DNA of 64,000 nucleotides, taken from NCBI RefSeq assembly GCF_009914755.1, contig NC_060937.1, one strand, 5' to 3'. Source of the DNA: the human T2T-CHM13v2.0 reference genome, Homo sapiens. The translations under genes and the position numbers were made by a program. Shown piece by piece: positions 16,999-32,724 of this stretch. Positions within the stretch are counted from its first letter, which is position 1, and each line of letters begins with the position of its first letter. The notes below the pieces were generated by a model that saw only the letters and a list, made by a program, of their open reading frames with translations, did not search any database and had not been told where the DNA came from.

Positions 16999-17195
16999 TA
17001 GAACATTCTCAGGTATCTGACAGTATGCCAGGCACTTTAAATTTATTATCTTGTTTATTCCTTGTAACAACACTAAGAAATACGCTCTATTACCAACTTA
17101 TTTTACATGTAAGGTAAAGAACATTCAAAGGGATACACTTTTTCAAAGACACAAAATTATTATGTGGCAGAGACAATATCTGAATCAAATATCTG
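16999..17195 (-). mobile_element. MIR (host of the L1PB)
   Basis: 'tatgccaggcact...attatcttgtttattccttgtaacaacact...ttttacatgtaagg'. Confidence 0.55.
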
Positions 17196-20100
17196 CTTGA
17201 TTTTTGTGTTTGAGCCAATAAAATTTATATAAAATTTCAATAATTGTGTTCAGGCCATTTAAATGCAATCAGCCAATTATTTCAGTGGTGATTTATTCAA
17301 TCCAAGCTACACACCACATCACATTTTGTAAATAAATGTGAAAGGTCTTTGTTACCTAGCACGTGGAAGTTTTTTATTCTGGGCCTCATCAAGCTGGTCC
17401 AAAATGGTTCTGTACATCCAGCTAGAAATATCCAGAAATGCTTGACACCAGTCGCCTAGCCTTTCTCACAAAGAAGCTTTGGCCTGGCCAATAAGAGCCA
17501 CCTTTGGCACTTGTCTTAAGCTTCTCTTCAAAAGCTCTCTAGGTACATGTATTTTTAAAGTAATAGTTTAGGGGGAAAGAAAGAATTTTTTTCCAAAAGC
17601 CATCCTCCTAAAATAATAGATTAACTTAAAACTAAAAACTTATCACACTTACGAGAGAAGAGTGGGTGGGGGCATCTAAAAGATGGGCTGAGACACTGAG
17701 TTATGAATTTATATTTTAAAAGATTGAGAAAGTTTTTCTTTGATTTGTATTTTTATCTGAGCTAATTGATGCTTCGGAAAACTCAGAGTATTTCAAAGAG
17801 CCAGCTTTTTTATGTCCAGGCAAATCCTCTCATGTTACTTTCCAGATCTCTCAACCACATCTCTCCAGCTCTCACAAGACATTAATATGTAATCTCTACC
17901 AAGCAAAGGATCCAGTCATATCGTGAGTCACAGCACCATAGTAACACAACTACTTAATGGATAGGAGGATTGATCTCCCTCCTCCCATCTTCCCAATGGC
18001 TGCACTTGGGAATTTACTATTTCTACAAATCAAAGAAAAGTATTTGTGAATCATGTGGTGTTCTCAGTGTGCATTCGATTCTGAGAGAAAGAAAAGCATT
18101 CTCCCCTCCCATGATAATCATCAATAATCTCAAACTACAGAGGGCAGGATCTATAGAAGACGAACATCCATAAGAAAAAGATGAATGCTTCAGCCTCAGC
18201 AATCCAGATCATTCTTGCACAGATGCTTTGTAGGAAGCTCAAGTTTCAGTGTGGCCTCAGAAACACTGCAGACGTCCCTCCCCATCCTCCTTCTTCTTGC
18301 AGAGGGGAGGAGTGAGGACAGAATCACCCCAGCTTGTCTAGGAAAGAAAGACCTCACCAAATCGGTTAGGGAACTCTGGAGAGATCAGCCCTGTAAGCCT
18401 TAATATTGTCATCCAACCATGGGGTGCTCATGAGATTAAAAATAAGGCAGGACTATGACATCTAATTTATAGATTCAAAAACTCCAGTAGCGTATTAATT
18501 AAACATCACATTTTATAGCCTCCATGCTAAGCATTTTGTTCACATCCTCTCCTGAGCTCTCTAACCAAGGTTCTAAACTGCCATCAGCCTGTCATTGATC
18601 CAACACCTCCATCCCAACTTTAGCCTCTTCTGAAAAGAATCCTACCTATTAAGCAGAATTCTCAAAGTACAAGTGTGTCAACTTCTCCTAGGAATGAGTG
18701 CATCAGTAGACTAAAAGAATTAAACTTATCATGGGGTGATAGTGTGTTTATCAGCTTCAATGGAGCAAGGAAATGCAGTCTTTTAATGTTTGCATTTGGA
18801 CCCTAGCACTTGGCATGCTTTTTTCCTGAAATCCATTCCTTCTGACTTCCCTCATGAGATTCCTGGTCACTGGAAAGTCACACTCCCCACTGCTGTCTGG
18901 TCCTTAAGAAGATCTGTTTTTCCATAAATAGCCACAGAGAAGGGAACAACACAATTTAACAATCAGTTGCTCCCTGCACTTTCTCCAGGAGCCAAAAATA
19001 AATAAGTACCTTAATCTGGTTTGTTAAATTAAGCAAAGAAATATACTCAAGCCTTTCTCCATCTAGCTCAGCTTATGCTTTCCCCTAAGTATTTGCTTTT
19101 CACTTACTTCAGTGTTTTCAGAAGCCCACATAGAACAACCACCCAAAAATTTCTACAAAAGGAAATAGCTGTAATAGAGAAAAAATTTTTCCTGAGATTT
19201 CAGAAATCCAAGTTTAACCTCTTTGATGTTCCACACACAATGTTCAGTAGTTGATCACAACCCCTTTTTTTCCTATTATATATAGTTTTAATACCCTGAG
19301 AAATAAAAGTGCTGAACTCTCTCTGATATTTTACTGAACTCCTGAACTATTCTGAGTTAAGTATGACAGATGCCCTAATGCTCGAGCTAGGGAAGTTGTT
19401 CTTTTAGTTCAGGCATGGAACATTTCCATTAAAAACCAGAGACCTCAGTTGTAACCTTGGCAATGCTTTCTCCACATGATTAATTATTCTTATGTGCACT
19501 GCAGTCCATTAGGGAAGTGTCAGTGTGCCTTAGGATGCAGACACCTTCACATGGATTATTTTGCTTACTTTGTCCTCCCCTATGTCTTCATCCAGCAAAA
19601 TAATCACATCGTCTGTACTTTTATTTCAAATATTTTTTAAAGATTTTTATGACCTTTACTTTTTAAACTGTGTTTCTATTCAGAACTTTTATCTTGAAGA
19701 ATTCTATGTTTGCATTACTGAACTTGTTGAGGTATAAAAAGTTATAATTTAAAAATGAAATAGTAAAATGTGGGACAATCATTTAGAGATAATTCAGAAC
19801 AAATAAGTATCATGTAGGTTTTGTCATTTGAGGATCATTGTGACTCTTCTATTTATACATTTGTATGTTTATGTATTTCTCCATTTATGTTTTGATTCTT
19901 ATAGACACATGATATGCTTTGTATATACCCATGGGTCATTAAACTGTATTTTCCAGAACTTTTGCCTATTTGGTTCCAGGGTTTCTATTTATACTTCAGA
20001 AATATATAATTGAGGTGAACCCCAGGGGAAGAGGACAATTGGTGATCTCTTCACAAATAGATGTGAGAGTAAAATTTTTACTGTACATTTCATAGGATAG

Positions 20101-20534
20101 TTACAAAAAGGTAAGCATTTAAGTAGGGGAATATTAATAGTTTTATAATTGAGTTAGTGAACAAACTCACTGCATTTCCTAATCTAGTTCTCATTTTGGA
20201 AGGCAAAAACTGCATCTCTAGCCAGCAGAGAAATATACAAAAATACACTTTTTAAAAACTTTTATGTTGCTCCTTGAAATTCCTTTACAGTGATGACTCT
20301 CAATAATTTGATTTTCCAGCCAAAACTGTGTACAAGGTATAAAGTCTATAGACATTTGTACTATCTTCTCTTTATTTTGGTTAATATATCTAATTTCTTC
20401 TAAAATTATTTAAAATGCTTGTTTTTAAAAAGTTAAGTTTTGAAGTAGTTAGATTAATTATGGCTCCTACTTATTCATAGTTCTTTGATGAGAGAGGAAA
20501 GGGAAAAAGAAGGAAAAAGGAGGAAGAGGAGCAA

Positions 20535-20725
20535 CACATAATTATTTATGAAGAATGATTATATACAAGGCACTGTGCTAGGTGCTTTCTACAAATTATC
20601 TCTAGTGCTCCCGTCAACCCTGTCACTTGTCTCATTTTTCATTTAAGGAAATAGTGACTTGGGAAAGTTAACATATATGTCAGAAGTCACAGAGCTGCTA
20701 AGTGGCAGAGTTGAAATGATCTCTG
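20535..20725 (-). mobile_element. MIR
   Basis: 'aggcactgtgctaggtgcttt...gtcacagagctgctaagtggcagag'. Confidence 0.7.
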
Positions 20726-21287
20726 CCCACATTCTGGTTCAATCCCACGTGGAGGATATTAGTGGCTCTTGCTACAGCAGCTGTCAAGAAGGTCACTCAG
20801 AGCTTCACAGAAGCCTCCCAACTCTATACTCGAAAAAAGGCATCAGCCGTCCACTCCCTAAGAAGTTAATATTAGAACTTAATTACTCTGGCTTAAAGCC
20901 TTGATAGAAATCATAATTCAAACATTCTAAGAATAGGGAAAAGAGTGGGGACCTCTAATGAAGGCCTATTATACACCAGGTGCAGGACGTATCTTCTCAT
21001 TCCCTTCCCACACTCCTCTAATCCAGGTGCATTTGAGCCTTCCACCACCATAATACTCTGGTGGTGTGAATGAACAGTCTGAGACAGCCTCTGGTGAAAA
21101 GATAGATAATATTAAGAATAATAATGAAAATTAACATTTACACAATTGTTGCTACTAATTTTTATGGATCATTTGGAGGAAAATAGCAAAAGGTTTAAAA
21201 ATAAACTACCATAGGTCAAACACTAACCAAATTAAGGAGCTCTTTAAACTCTTTATTTTCTGTATTTCCTCTCAAATTCTGTCTATG

Positions 21288-21290
<3 letters not shown>

Positions 21291-21331
<41 letters not shown>
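21291..21331. repeat. (TA)20 microsatellite
   Basis: Pure alternating AT run. Confidence 0.97.
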
Positions 21332-21334
<3 letters not shown>

Positions 21335-21585
21335 ATTTATTTGTTGAGTATGGAAAAAGCATAATAACAATATGAATACCCTACTCCTAGCCCAGCAAAC
21401 CATCTCCCAACTCCAAGAATGTTTTTAAAATATTTAAATCCTGTTCAAGCAATGTTTTCTGTGTGTCCCAACAAGTTAAGCTCTGTGTTAAAAGTTCTGT
21501 AGAATATGTCTAAAACACACTGGAAATGTAGTGAGAATCTAAATAATATTCAGATATGAATATCTTATCTTATTCATATGAATAA

Positions 21586-21923
<338 letters not shown>

Positions 21924-22124
21924 TGAATATCTTATCTTATTCATATCTGAATAAGACAGTAAAACTTAGACTAAGATTAAAAGAAGTTCAAAATAAGGAA
22001 GCTCGAGTTTCCAATGTTTGACTGCAATGTTTACAAACTTTTTTTCAGTGTAACTCAGAAATTCTTGTGATTTGAGTCATTTGATCCATACCCCATCTCC
22101 TAAAAGCCAGATTGCACCTCCTAT

Positions 22125-22840
22125 GCATGGAGGTTTCTCAAAAAATTAAAAATAGAACTACCATACGATCCAGCAATCCCACTTTTGGGGATATATCTAA
22201 AGAAATTGAAATCGTTATCTTGAAGAGTTATCTGCACTCTTACGTTTATTGCAGCATTTCTCACAATAGCCAAGATGTAAAAACAACTTAAGTGTTGATG
22301 GATAAATGGAGAAAGAAAATGTAGTATATATATTGGTGGACTGTTATTCAGCCCTGACAAAAGAAGGAAGTCCTGCTATTTGTCATGACATGGATAAACC
22401 TGGAGGCCATTGTGCTAAATGAAATGAGCCAGGCACAGAAAGACAAACACTACATGATCTCATTCACATGTGGAATCTGAAGAAGTCAAACTCAGAAACA
22501 GAGAATAAAGAGGTGGTTGCCAGGGAGTGGGGCAGAGTGAGAAATGGGGTGCAGGGATTGGTCAAAAGTTACAAAATTTCACTTATAAGATGAATAAGTT
22601 CTAGAGATTTAATGTACAACATGGTAACTACAGTTAATAATAATGTATTGTATACTTCAAATTGCTAATAAATTAGATCTTAAACATTCTCATCACAAAA
22701 TAATTATTATATGAAATGATGGATATGTTAAATTTATAGTAATCACTTCACAATGTATATGTATATCAAAGCATCATATTGTACACCATAAATATTTTTA
22801 TGTGTCAAAAACTAACAACATAAAAATAATAACAAGAACA
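22125..22840 (+). mobile_element. 5'-truncated L1MA (MA8/MA9-like)
   Basis: 'tagaactaccatacgatccagcaatcccact' through 3'UTR 'gatgaataagttctagagatttaatgtacaacatgg'. Confidence 0.88.
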
Positions 22841-22879
22841 ACAACTACAAAAACAAAAACACACAAAATGAATAGAGTT

Positions 22880-24150
22880 TAAGGTGTGTGTCCAGGATGA
22901 CTAAAAATAAAGCTGTAAAGATAAGTCATGATGATATTGTGAAGGACCTGATTTGCAGTTCTAAAGAGTTCAAGCTTTATCCTGGAGGCACAGCTAGCCA
23001 AAAATTAAAATTTAAAAGTTTTTAAATCGGAAAATGACATGGCCACATTAAATCTTTGAAGAGAAAACTCTGGTGGTAGAAGAAAACACATTGGCGTGGA
23101 ATGTCAATGACAGCAGAAAGACCACTTGGGAGGCTGAAGCAATAGTCCAAGCTAAAGATGGTTCAGCTCTAGGCCACTGCAGGGTGGAAAAGGCAGAACA
23201 GTTTCAGGAGATATTTAGAAGAAGATTTTTTTTAATGGATCAGAGGTAGAAGCTGAGAGGGCAAAAGGAGTAGAGAATAATTTTTGTGTTACAGAGATAC
23301 GGGAATCAAGAGGAGGGCCAGGTTTGAGAAGAAAGACAAGGAATTCAGTACATGGTGTTTGATTTGGCTGGAGAATGTAGAGTTGTACAGGAGGTTGTGC
23401 AGTAGGCAATTGGAAGTAAGAATCTGGGCTCAAGGTAAAGGTATGCTGAATAACTAACTTAGTCCACCTTTCCCTGAAAAAAAAATCCCAGCTATTCAAA
23501 TAGTCCTTTGAAAATCAGGAGCTGGTTCTTCTTCTCTTCTATCACCCTGTGTTCACATCCCACTCTCTTCCAAAGATTTGCTTACTCTGTATATTAGAGG
23601 ATAATTGGTGTGAGAACATTTTTATGAATATTGTACAGTAGCGGCAGACTGGGCATTTTAAACATCTTTGTAATTTCAATATTGTATGAGAGGAATGACT
23701 ATCTTTCAATACTCCATGTGTAAATAACTCTATTCATTTAAAAGATATGTTTCTGAGTGACTGTTATACACAAGTCACTGTGTTAGGCAGTAGGAATATA
23801 ATAGTAAGCAAAAATGTCAATGCAGTTCAAATAACTCTCCAGGCAGTGGAAGGAGACAGCCCTGACTCAAATAACCACACAGATGAGATTTGGTGCCCTG
23901 AGAGGAATAATACAGTTCACAGTGCTATGAGCACACAGAAGAAAATAAACTGTCCTAAAGAAGACTTCTTTCTAGTCTTCTAAGAGGATATCATAAGATA
24001 ATGTTAGAGAAGTGGCCAGGAGTTGTAGATCTTATAAAAGTTATTTTTTAAGCCAAGAGTAATAGGAAGCCAGTGAAGGGTTTGAGCAGTGAGATGACAT
24101 AATCCGATTTGCATTTTAGGAAATAGTCTGTTGAAAATACAAAGAACAGA
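22880..24150 (-). mobile_element. L2 fragments (about 22880-23450 and 23730-24150)
   Basis: 'ggaagccagtgaagggtttgagcagtgagatgacataatccgatttgcatttt', 'ggaggctgaagcaatagtccaag'. Confidence 0.7.
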
Positions 24151-25740
24151 TTGCCTCTCTGTTTGCCATGGTTAGAAAGTTACCCTGTGCTGCTCTTTGT
24201 CCAAATGTAATTTCATTTTTGCAGAATGCCTGGAACCAGGGTTGGATCAAGTTAGGGCAAACCCGAAAATGACTTGCATGAACTCTTGTATGTTCATATA
24301 AGAGTCAGGCTGGCATCCTCCTGGTATTGGAGACAGCTTTGTGAGAGTTGTTCAAGTGACAGTGGTGGAAGGGTTGACCACTTAGAAATCCGTGCTTAAT
24401 GGAGAGTGTGCATTATTAACAAATAATGATGTCAAACAACTATACATTTCCATAGGCAAAGAAAAACATGTGATACAATGAAATTCACATCTCTAGATTC
24501 TACATTAGAGCATGTGGACATGTACTCTAAAATTAATTTCATTTGCCTTTTATTTTTAATCTACCACTTAAAATTGGACTCATTATATGTGGAACTGCAC
24601 ACACACTCAAATTTACTTCTATTTATTAGCTAGTATAAATACATTGAAATTTGTCTTTGGGCTCTTAAAAATCTTGAAAAGGTATACTGTTTTCTTTCCA
24701 TATAAACCAGGTATGCAAATGATTGTCAGACAGGATTGTTGGTAATTTTTTTTAGGATCTCAAATCCATAAGGGATACGTAGCTTATTTAAGCTTTATTG
24801 TATTAAACTGTAGAATACACCATAAAATACTGATAGCACAACTTGCATCAAACAAGTAAACATTTGTTATGGGGACAGTAAAATTTACTTTTCACAAAAG
24901 GAGCCTACAGTAATAATGCATTCAATTCTATTTCCCAGAATGCTTCTTAAGTATGTTAATAAAGTCTTTATTGTGTCTGCTTGTAAAAGTCGCCACCATT
25001 TCCCATTAGAAAGTCTCTGTTTATTCATCAAACATTTACTGACAGTGACTGCTGGGAGCAGCCTCAGATTTCCACTCCATTACACATTTGTGGCATAAAG
25101 CACATTAATTATAGATATATTACAATATTCAACTCATTGAGGAAAAATTAGATGATCAAGGCTCATTTTCCTTGACAATAAGCAAGTTAATGAAAATACT
25201 AATTACCTGATGATGAAGTGGAGCCTTCAGGATTGAATGCTTAGCATCTGTAAAAGAGTTCTGCGAATCTAGCACAGAATATTAAAGCCAGAAGCATCGG
25301 AAGCCTATGAGATGGCCCTTGCAATTGTCCAGTGCCCTTTATTCAGAGAGAAAATGGTATTCAGAGGTGAGGCAGAGTTTTATAAACCATTTGGGGGAAG
25401 TCATTGAAAAGTTGGACTCTACCTGAAATTTTCAATCAAAAGTTGCACTCTTTACCTAAAATTTTTAATTAATATTATCTGGAACACAAATCAACTTCAT
25501 TGTAAATAATTATACAAAGAATAGGCTCTTGTCAATAAGGACATTGCCATCTACTATTTATTTTGTAATAATGCCAGAACTATTTTCAGCCATTTTAAAA
25601 TTGTAAGAGAGAAAAAGACATTTATTTAAAAATTTCCTTCTTTCAATTTCTAGAAGTTTAGACTGAATAAACTCCCAGCATAGAAAGTGAATTCATACCA
25701 GGTAAGGGTGTTATGGATTCTTAAAAATAGGCCCTTTCCA

Positions 25741-27960
25741 AATGAGCATATGAAAAGGTACTTAATATCATATGTTATTAGGGAAATGTGAATTAAAACC
25801 ATAATGTGTTGCCTCTACACACCTTTTAGAATGGCAATTAAAAAAAAACTGACAATATCAATTGCTGGCTAGGATGTGAGACAACAAGAACTTTCATTCA
25901 TTACTGATGGGGAAATAAAATGGCACATTCACTTTGGAAGATAGTCCGGCAGTTTCTTATAACATTAAACATAGTCTTAATGTATAATCCAGCAATCATG
26001 CTCCTCGGTAAATACCCAACTGATCTGAAAACTTATGTTTACATAGAAACCTACACATAAATGTTTATATTAGCTTTTTTATAATCACCCAAAACTAAAA
26101 GCAACAAAGATGTCTTTTTAAATAGATGAATAAGTTAAAAAAAAACTGTGGTATGTCCATATAATGGAATACTATTTGGCAAAAATAAAGTAATAAGCTA
26201 TCAAGCCACATAAAGGTATATATGAATATAATATGCATATTACTAACTAAAACAAGACAGTCTGAAAGAGCTACACACTGTATGGTTCCAATTACATGAC
26301 ATTCTAAAAAAGGCAAAACTATAGAGATGGTAAAGCCATCAACGGTTGCCAGGGAATGGGGGACAGTGAGGATTGAATAGGTTAAACTATTCAGCCAGTA
26401 AGGCAGTAAACTATTCTGTATGGTATTGTAATGATTAACTCATGACACTATGCATTTGTCAAAACCCACAGAACTTTTCAGCACTAAGAATGCCTTAATT
26501 GTGCAACTTAAAAAAAAATCATTTAGGAGACTGGGGATGCCAGGATAAAATGCAGAATGTGATAAAAGAATCTAAATGTATACCAATGTATGAAATAACT
26601 GAACTGAAGGTAATGGTAGACAGAAGCTGCTAACTTAAGTAACTTTGGAAATGATTAGTGTCCATAAGACTAAAGGCAAAAAACATCATACATGAGCACC
26701 GTATTCTAGTTGATAAAGTTGCTCCCCACAAGAGGTAAATGATGGATAGTGGGAGCCAAACTGTCACTGTTGGAATGGAAGTTTACAGATAAGCAAGGAG
26801 AAGAAGCTAAAATGATCCATATGGTAATTAATTAGAGCAGGTACATCAATTATAGTAGGTACATATGCTTAGCTTAAATATTGATACATATAGTTCCATA
26901 TATATACCACACAAAATTGTGTGTGTATACATATATGTATATTATATATTTATAAAACCAAAACCACAATGATGGGGGTATGTGAAAGAAACATAGGAGT
27001 CAATTGAAAGAACTCCCAATGACCAAAGCTGGAACAATTTGAGCAAAAAATATAAGGTAGTATTGGATTGTAACCCAGAGTATAAAATAATGATCTATGA
27101 GTCCACAATAAATACATAAAAAATAACCAATCTCCCAGGCAGAAATGCAGTGCTCCAGTATTGCGCCACTGTACTCCAACCTGGGCAACAGAGCGAGACA
27201 CTGTCTCAAAACAAAAAAATCAAAACAAAAAATCAAAACAACAACAACAACAAAATTACTGAAACAAAGCAAAACAAAAATCCCAAATAATGTATGTAGC
27301 TACTCCACCCTCAAGGAAATGGCCCATAACTGCACATAAAGATTTCCTTCTGAAGAGTATAGTATGGAAAGAAGAGAAAAGAGTAACTTTACAGTAAAGG
27401 AATCTGACAAACATTCTCTCAGCCAGAAGACCCAGGTTAACATCAGTAGTAATAAGTCATATTGATAATATGTACTCTTGATCTACGATGACAGAACTTT
27501 ACCTGTAGTCTTCCTTTCTGTCACTTTACCTCTGTGGTCTTCATTCCAAAAACACAAGACTCCAGTCTAATCATGAAAAATCCCAATTCAGAGACATTCT
27601 ACCAAATATATGTCCAGTGGTCCTCAAAACTGTCAAGGTCATCAGAAACAAGGAAAATCTGAAAAGCTTCCACACCCAAGAGGAGCCTAAGAAGAAATGA
27701 CAATTAATGTAATGTGCTGTCCTGGAGGGAATCCTGGATCAGACAAATGACATTAGGTAAAAACTAAGGAAATTAGAATAAAATGGGGATGTTAGTTAAT
27801 AACAATGTATCAATATTCGCTTATTGATTGTGACAAATATACCATAATAATGTAGACTGTTGATAATGGGGGAGATTGGTGTGGGGTGTAAGGTAACTCT
27901 ATGTAGTATAGTTGCAATTTTTCTGTAGATCTAAAAGTCTTCTGAAATAAAAGATTTTTA
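25741..27960 (+). mobile_element. L1MC/MD (L1MC3-like) 3' part, about 2.2 kb
   Basis: ORF2 end plus long 3'UTR ('aagtaactttggaaatga...ctagttgataaagttg'); residual TSD ta(g/a)gccctttcca ending at 25740 and 27977. Confidence 0.85.
27146..27270 (+). mobile_element. Alu 3' fragment with CAAA-rich tail inside the L1MC
   Basis: 'ttgcgccactgtactccaacctgggcaacagagcgagacactgtctcaaaa'. Confidence 0.85.
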
Positions 27961-28714
27961 AATATAAGCCCTTTCCATGCATGCCTAAATTATTTCTCCC
28001 ATTTCTCAAACTGGCAGTCTAAATTAGAATAAGCAAACTGCTGAGTATATCTTCTGATTTCATTCCAGCATCAATTTGTATTTCCCATGCTCTTTTGAAT
28101 TCAACTAATAGCTCTGCACAGCCTCTCCCTTTTCCTGTGCATTATCCATTGAATGAATTCCAAATGACTCTGCTGTGGAATGGCCAAAGACCCCATTTGA
28201 TGGATGGTCATTTTACACACCTGTTTTTTGGGTCTTTGATTAATGTGCTGGCATACATCTTATATAACTTCTCCTAATAGGGAAGTGAGGAAAACATACA
28301 TTTGTACAAGCTGCAGTCCAGTGTGCTCCTCATCCAAAAGGCTTAATTTAGAAATAGTTACTTAATAATTCAACATGGACAATTCCTTGATTCCCATTGA
28401 CTTTCAATTCAATCAGTAAAGCTGCCTCTTGGATTTTCCATTATTATGAAGACTGATGTATTTTATAAGAGCAAACAGCTGCTCTGGCAGATTAATGTTC
28501 CTTGTTGTCACCCTGCAGTGAAAGCTTACTTGGAATTCTTTTCTTGTGAAAAGCAGTTTGGAGCCAAAGAATTTAATCGGCTGACCACCAATGACGTTAA
28601 CATGGTCCTCTGCCCCTGGGTTGGTTCTTATAACCCTTGCCCACCAAAGTACAACAAGATCTTCAGATAGATGGCTCTCCTGAATTAAAGGCCACATATA
28701 GTGAGATGCCCGAG

Positions 28715-28860
28715 GACTTGGAGTTGAGAGAACTGGGCTCTCTCATTTCAGACTTCTCATTTACTCTGGACAAGTCACTTAACCTCTGCAGGCTTTAGTT
28801 TCCCTCCCTTCAATGGGAACAATAATACTTGCCTGGATTTTCTCATAGACATAGGCAAGG
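28715..28860 (+). mobile_element. MIR
   Basis: 'ggacaagtcacttaacctctgcaggctttagtttcc...aataatacttgcct'. Confidence 0.75.
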
Positions 28861-29092
28861 ATCATGGATTTATTCAACAAATATTTCTGGAGTACCTACT
28901 ATGTTGAGGTCAATGTGGAAAACCCTGAGGATGTAACAGGCAAAGAAAAAAAACTGTTGATCTTGTGGAACTTGCATCCAGTACAAAGACACAGAGAGTA
29001 AAAACTAAAATACATGGTACTTTGATGGTTATAAGTAAAATAAAAAAACTAGGCAGAGAGATGGAACTCTTTGGGAGGAGGAGAGGTCATTT

Positions 29093-29807
<715 letters not shown>

Positions 29808-30645
29808 TGAGAAGTGACATTTGAGCAAAGACCTGAAGGAGATGAGGGAGCCAGCCATGAGGCTGTCTGAGAAAAGGACATTTTGAGAAAAGGAAACAGC
29901 AAGTGAAGAGTAGGCTGGGATGTTCAAAGAATGGTAAGAAAGGCCTGTGTGGCTGGAACAGAGGAAGCTGTGTGAAGAATAGTAAGAGATGAGGTTAGAT
30001 AGCTAATGGAGAGGACAGTCCAATTAGGTAGAGCCTTGTTCGCCATTGTCAGGACTCTTGGATTCTACTTGGGGTGAGATGGGGAGCCACTGAAGATGGG
30101 GAGCCATTTTGAACGGGACAGTGACATCATCAGTTCTATGCTTTAACAAGATCCTTGTAGGTAGGAAATAGATGATGGGCAAAAGTAAAGCAGTGAGGTT
30201 GAAAAGCAACTAGATTCTAGCTATAATTGAAGATATAGTCAATCAAATTTTCTGAAAGATTAGATGTAAGATATGAGAGAAAAAGAGGCATCTCTTTCCA
30301 AAATTCTTGTCTTGAACAATTGAAAAGACAAAGTTGCCTTAACTGGCACAGGTAATACAGTGTGAGAAAGAATTTTGGGGGACAGGGAAGAGCAGAAGCT
30401 CAGGTTGGGAAATACTATGTTTAACGTGCCTGTTACATATCCAGATGAAGATTAGAAGAAGATAACTAGACATATGGGTCCAGAGTTTGGAGGAGAAGTT
30501 CAAACGGGAGATAGAAAATGTGTAAGTCATCAGTTGATAGATGGTATTTAAAGCAATGAGATGTATTGGTCACCAAGTGAGCCAGGATCTTAGGAAAACA
30601 GAAGAGCTGCTCCAAGGATTCAGCTTTTAGAGATTCCAATGTTTA

Positions 30646-30994
<349 letters not shown>

Positions 30995-31254
30995 CTAGAG
31001 AGGAATCAGCAGAGACCACTGATCAGAGGCAACGGTTGAGAATGGAGCCAAAGGAGAGTGTAGTGGTAGTGACCCAGAATCTAAGAGAAGTGTGGTAAGG
31101 AGGAGGGAGTTCCCAACCACATGAAAAGTTGTTGGTAGGTCAAATGAGATAAGATCTGAGAACTGACCTTTGGATTTAGTAATGTGGAGAAATTGTGACC
31201 TTGTTTGGAGGCAAGAAAGAATATAATTGCAGTGGGCTCACGAGTAAATGAAAG

Positions 31255-31392
31255 TTCATAGTTTTGATGATTGTGTTACAGTTGCGTAAAATGTTAACAT
31301 TAAGGAAAGCTAAGTAAATGGCATATGGGAATTCTCTGTATATTTTCGCAACTTTTCTGTAAATCTAAAATTGGTTCAGAATGAAAAAGTGG
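31255..31392 (+). mobile_element. L1MC/ME extreme 3' fragment
   Basis: 'atatgggaattctctgtatattttcgcaacttttctgtaaatctaaaatt'. Confidence 0.7.
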
Positions 31393-32724
31393 AAAAAGTA
31401 TATAGGAAGAAAGCAGGTGGAGACAGTGCTGTAGGCAACTTTTTCATGAAGTTTTCTTAAAGAGGTAAGAAAAAATGGATGACAGCTTGAGAAAATTGGG
31501 TCAAAGAAAGGCTTTTATTTGTTTGGCTTAGTCTTTTTTGTTTGTTTATCTTAAGCTAAGGACAACATCATGTTTGTATGCCTATTGGAATCATCTGGTA
31601 GAAAGATAAAAAAGTGATGATGCAAGAAAGAGATGAATATCACTGAAGCAATGTCCTTGAATAGAGCAGATGCAACCTAGAGTTCCTGTGGGGATGCTGG
31701 CCATAGCCATGAGGGCAGATGGAAGGGTACAGATGCCATATGCAAGTAGATGTGCAAATCCTGTCTGATTGTTTCACGTTTCTCACCAAAGGGGGAAGCA
31801 AGTTCACACATGAGAGTAGGGATGGTGGAAGAAATGCAAGAGTGTTCAAGTTTTAAAGGGAGAGGAAAAGGAGCGAAATAGTCACCTCTAGAGAGAGGGA
31901 GAACCAGTGACAGCATTCGAGATACTAGAAAATGATTAGCATCCATATAAGAAGGAAACACTGGGACCTGGGTGTGCAGGGGTGAACTGGTTGATATTCC
32001 ACTCTCCTGTCTTCTGATCATTATCAATAGCGGTAATTTGAATTGAGAGACAGGCCATGCCAAGGAAAGTTCTTGAGGCAATGGCAAAGCCCACCTTAAG
32101 ACATTGTAAAAATCGTCACACACCCGATATTGAACAACTTTCCTCTCAACTGCTAAGAGGCAGAATTAAGATAATATCATGCATTCCTCTGTTGGAACTG
32201 ACCAAGTTACACCTCACAGATAACATGCATTTAATCGTATATGCTTATAAATATATAGGTTTTTAAAGCAGTGACTTAATTCATCAATAGAAAATCCAAA
32301 AAGAGAGTCCAAAAAGAAATTGAATAAGTTCTATCTTCAGCAAACCAAGTTCTGCCCTGTGATATTAAGTGTCCCTGCCAATTTCAGAGGAAGAATATGT
32401 TTCCCCAACTACCAGCTTTATCTCAGAAGTAGGGTTGGAAAAGAGAAGCATCCCAGGAGAATTGTCTCTCTCTGCTCAGCAGTCCAGGGGAAGACTCCTA
32501 ATTGAGTGACATTTCAACCAAGAGTCAAGGGAAATTGTTACCGCCTACCAAATAAAGCTTCTTGTTCTGCAAGCTGGTTCCCTGATCCTTGGGGAACAGA
32601 GGAGAAATGTTTGTCTTAAGTTCCCTGAGCTAGTGGCTACATTTGTCTCCGCAGAAGAGAACAGATGAATAACCAAGAATAAAACATCCCAAGATGAGAT
32701 GGAGAACGTAAACAACTATTTTTG

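Noticed and set aside
24205-24330. Strong plus-strand acceptor ttcattttttgcag
   Set aside because: No convincing nearby donor; isolated acceptors are common in AT-rich DNA
30077-30106. agatggggagcca direct repeat
   Set aside because: Small slippage duplication inside an L2 relic
31677-32123. 148-aa minus-strand ORF
   Set aside because: Largely overlaps L2-derived sequence, with no homology or splice context that I can recognise
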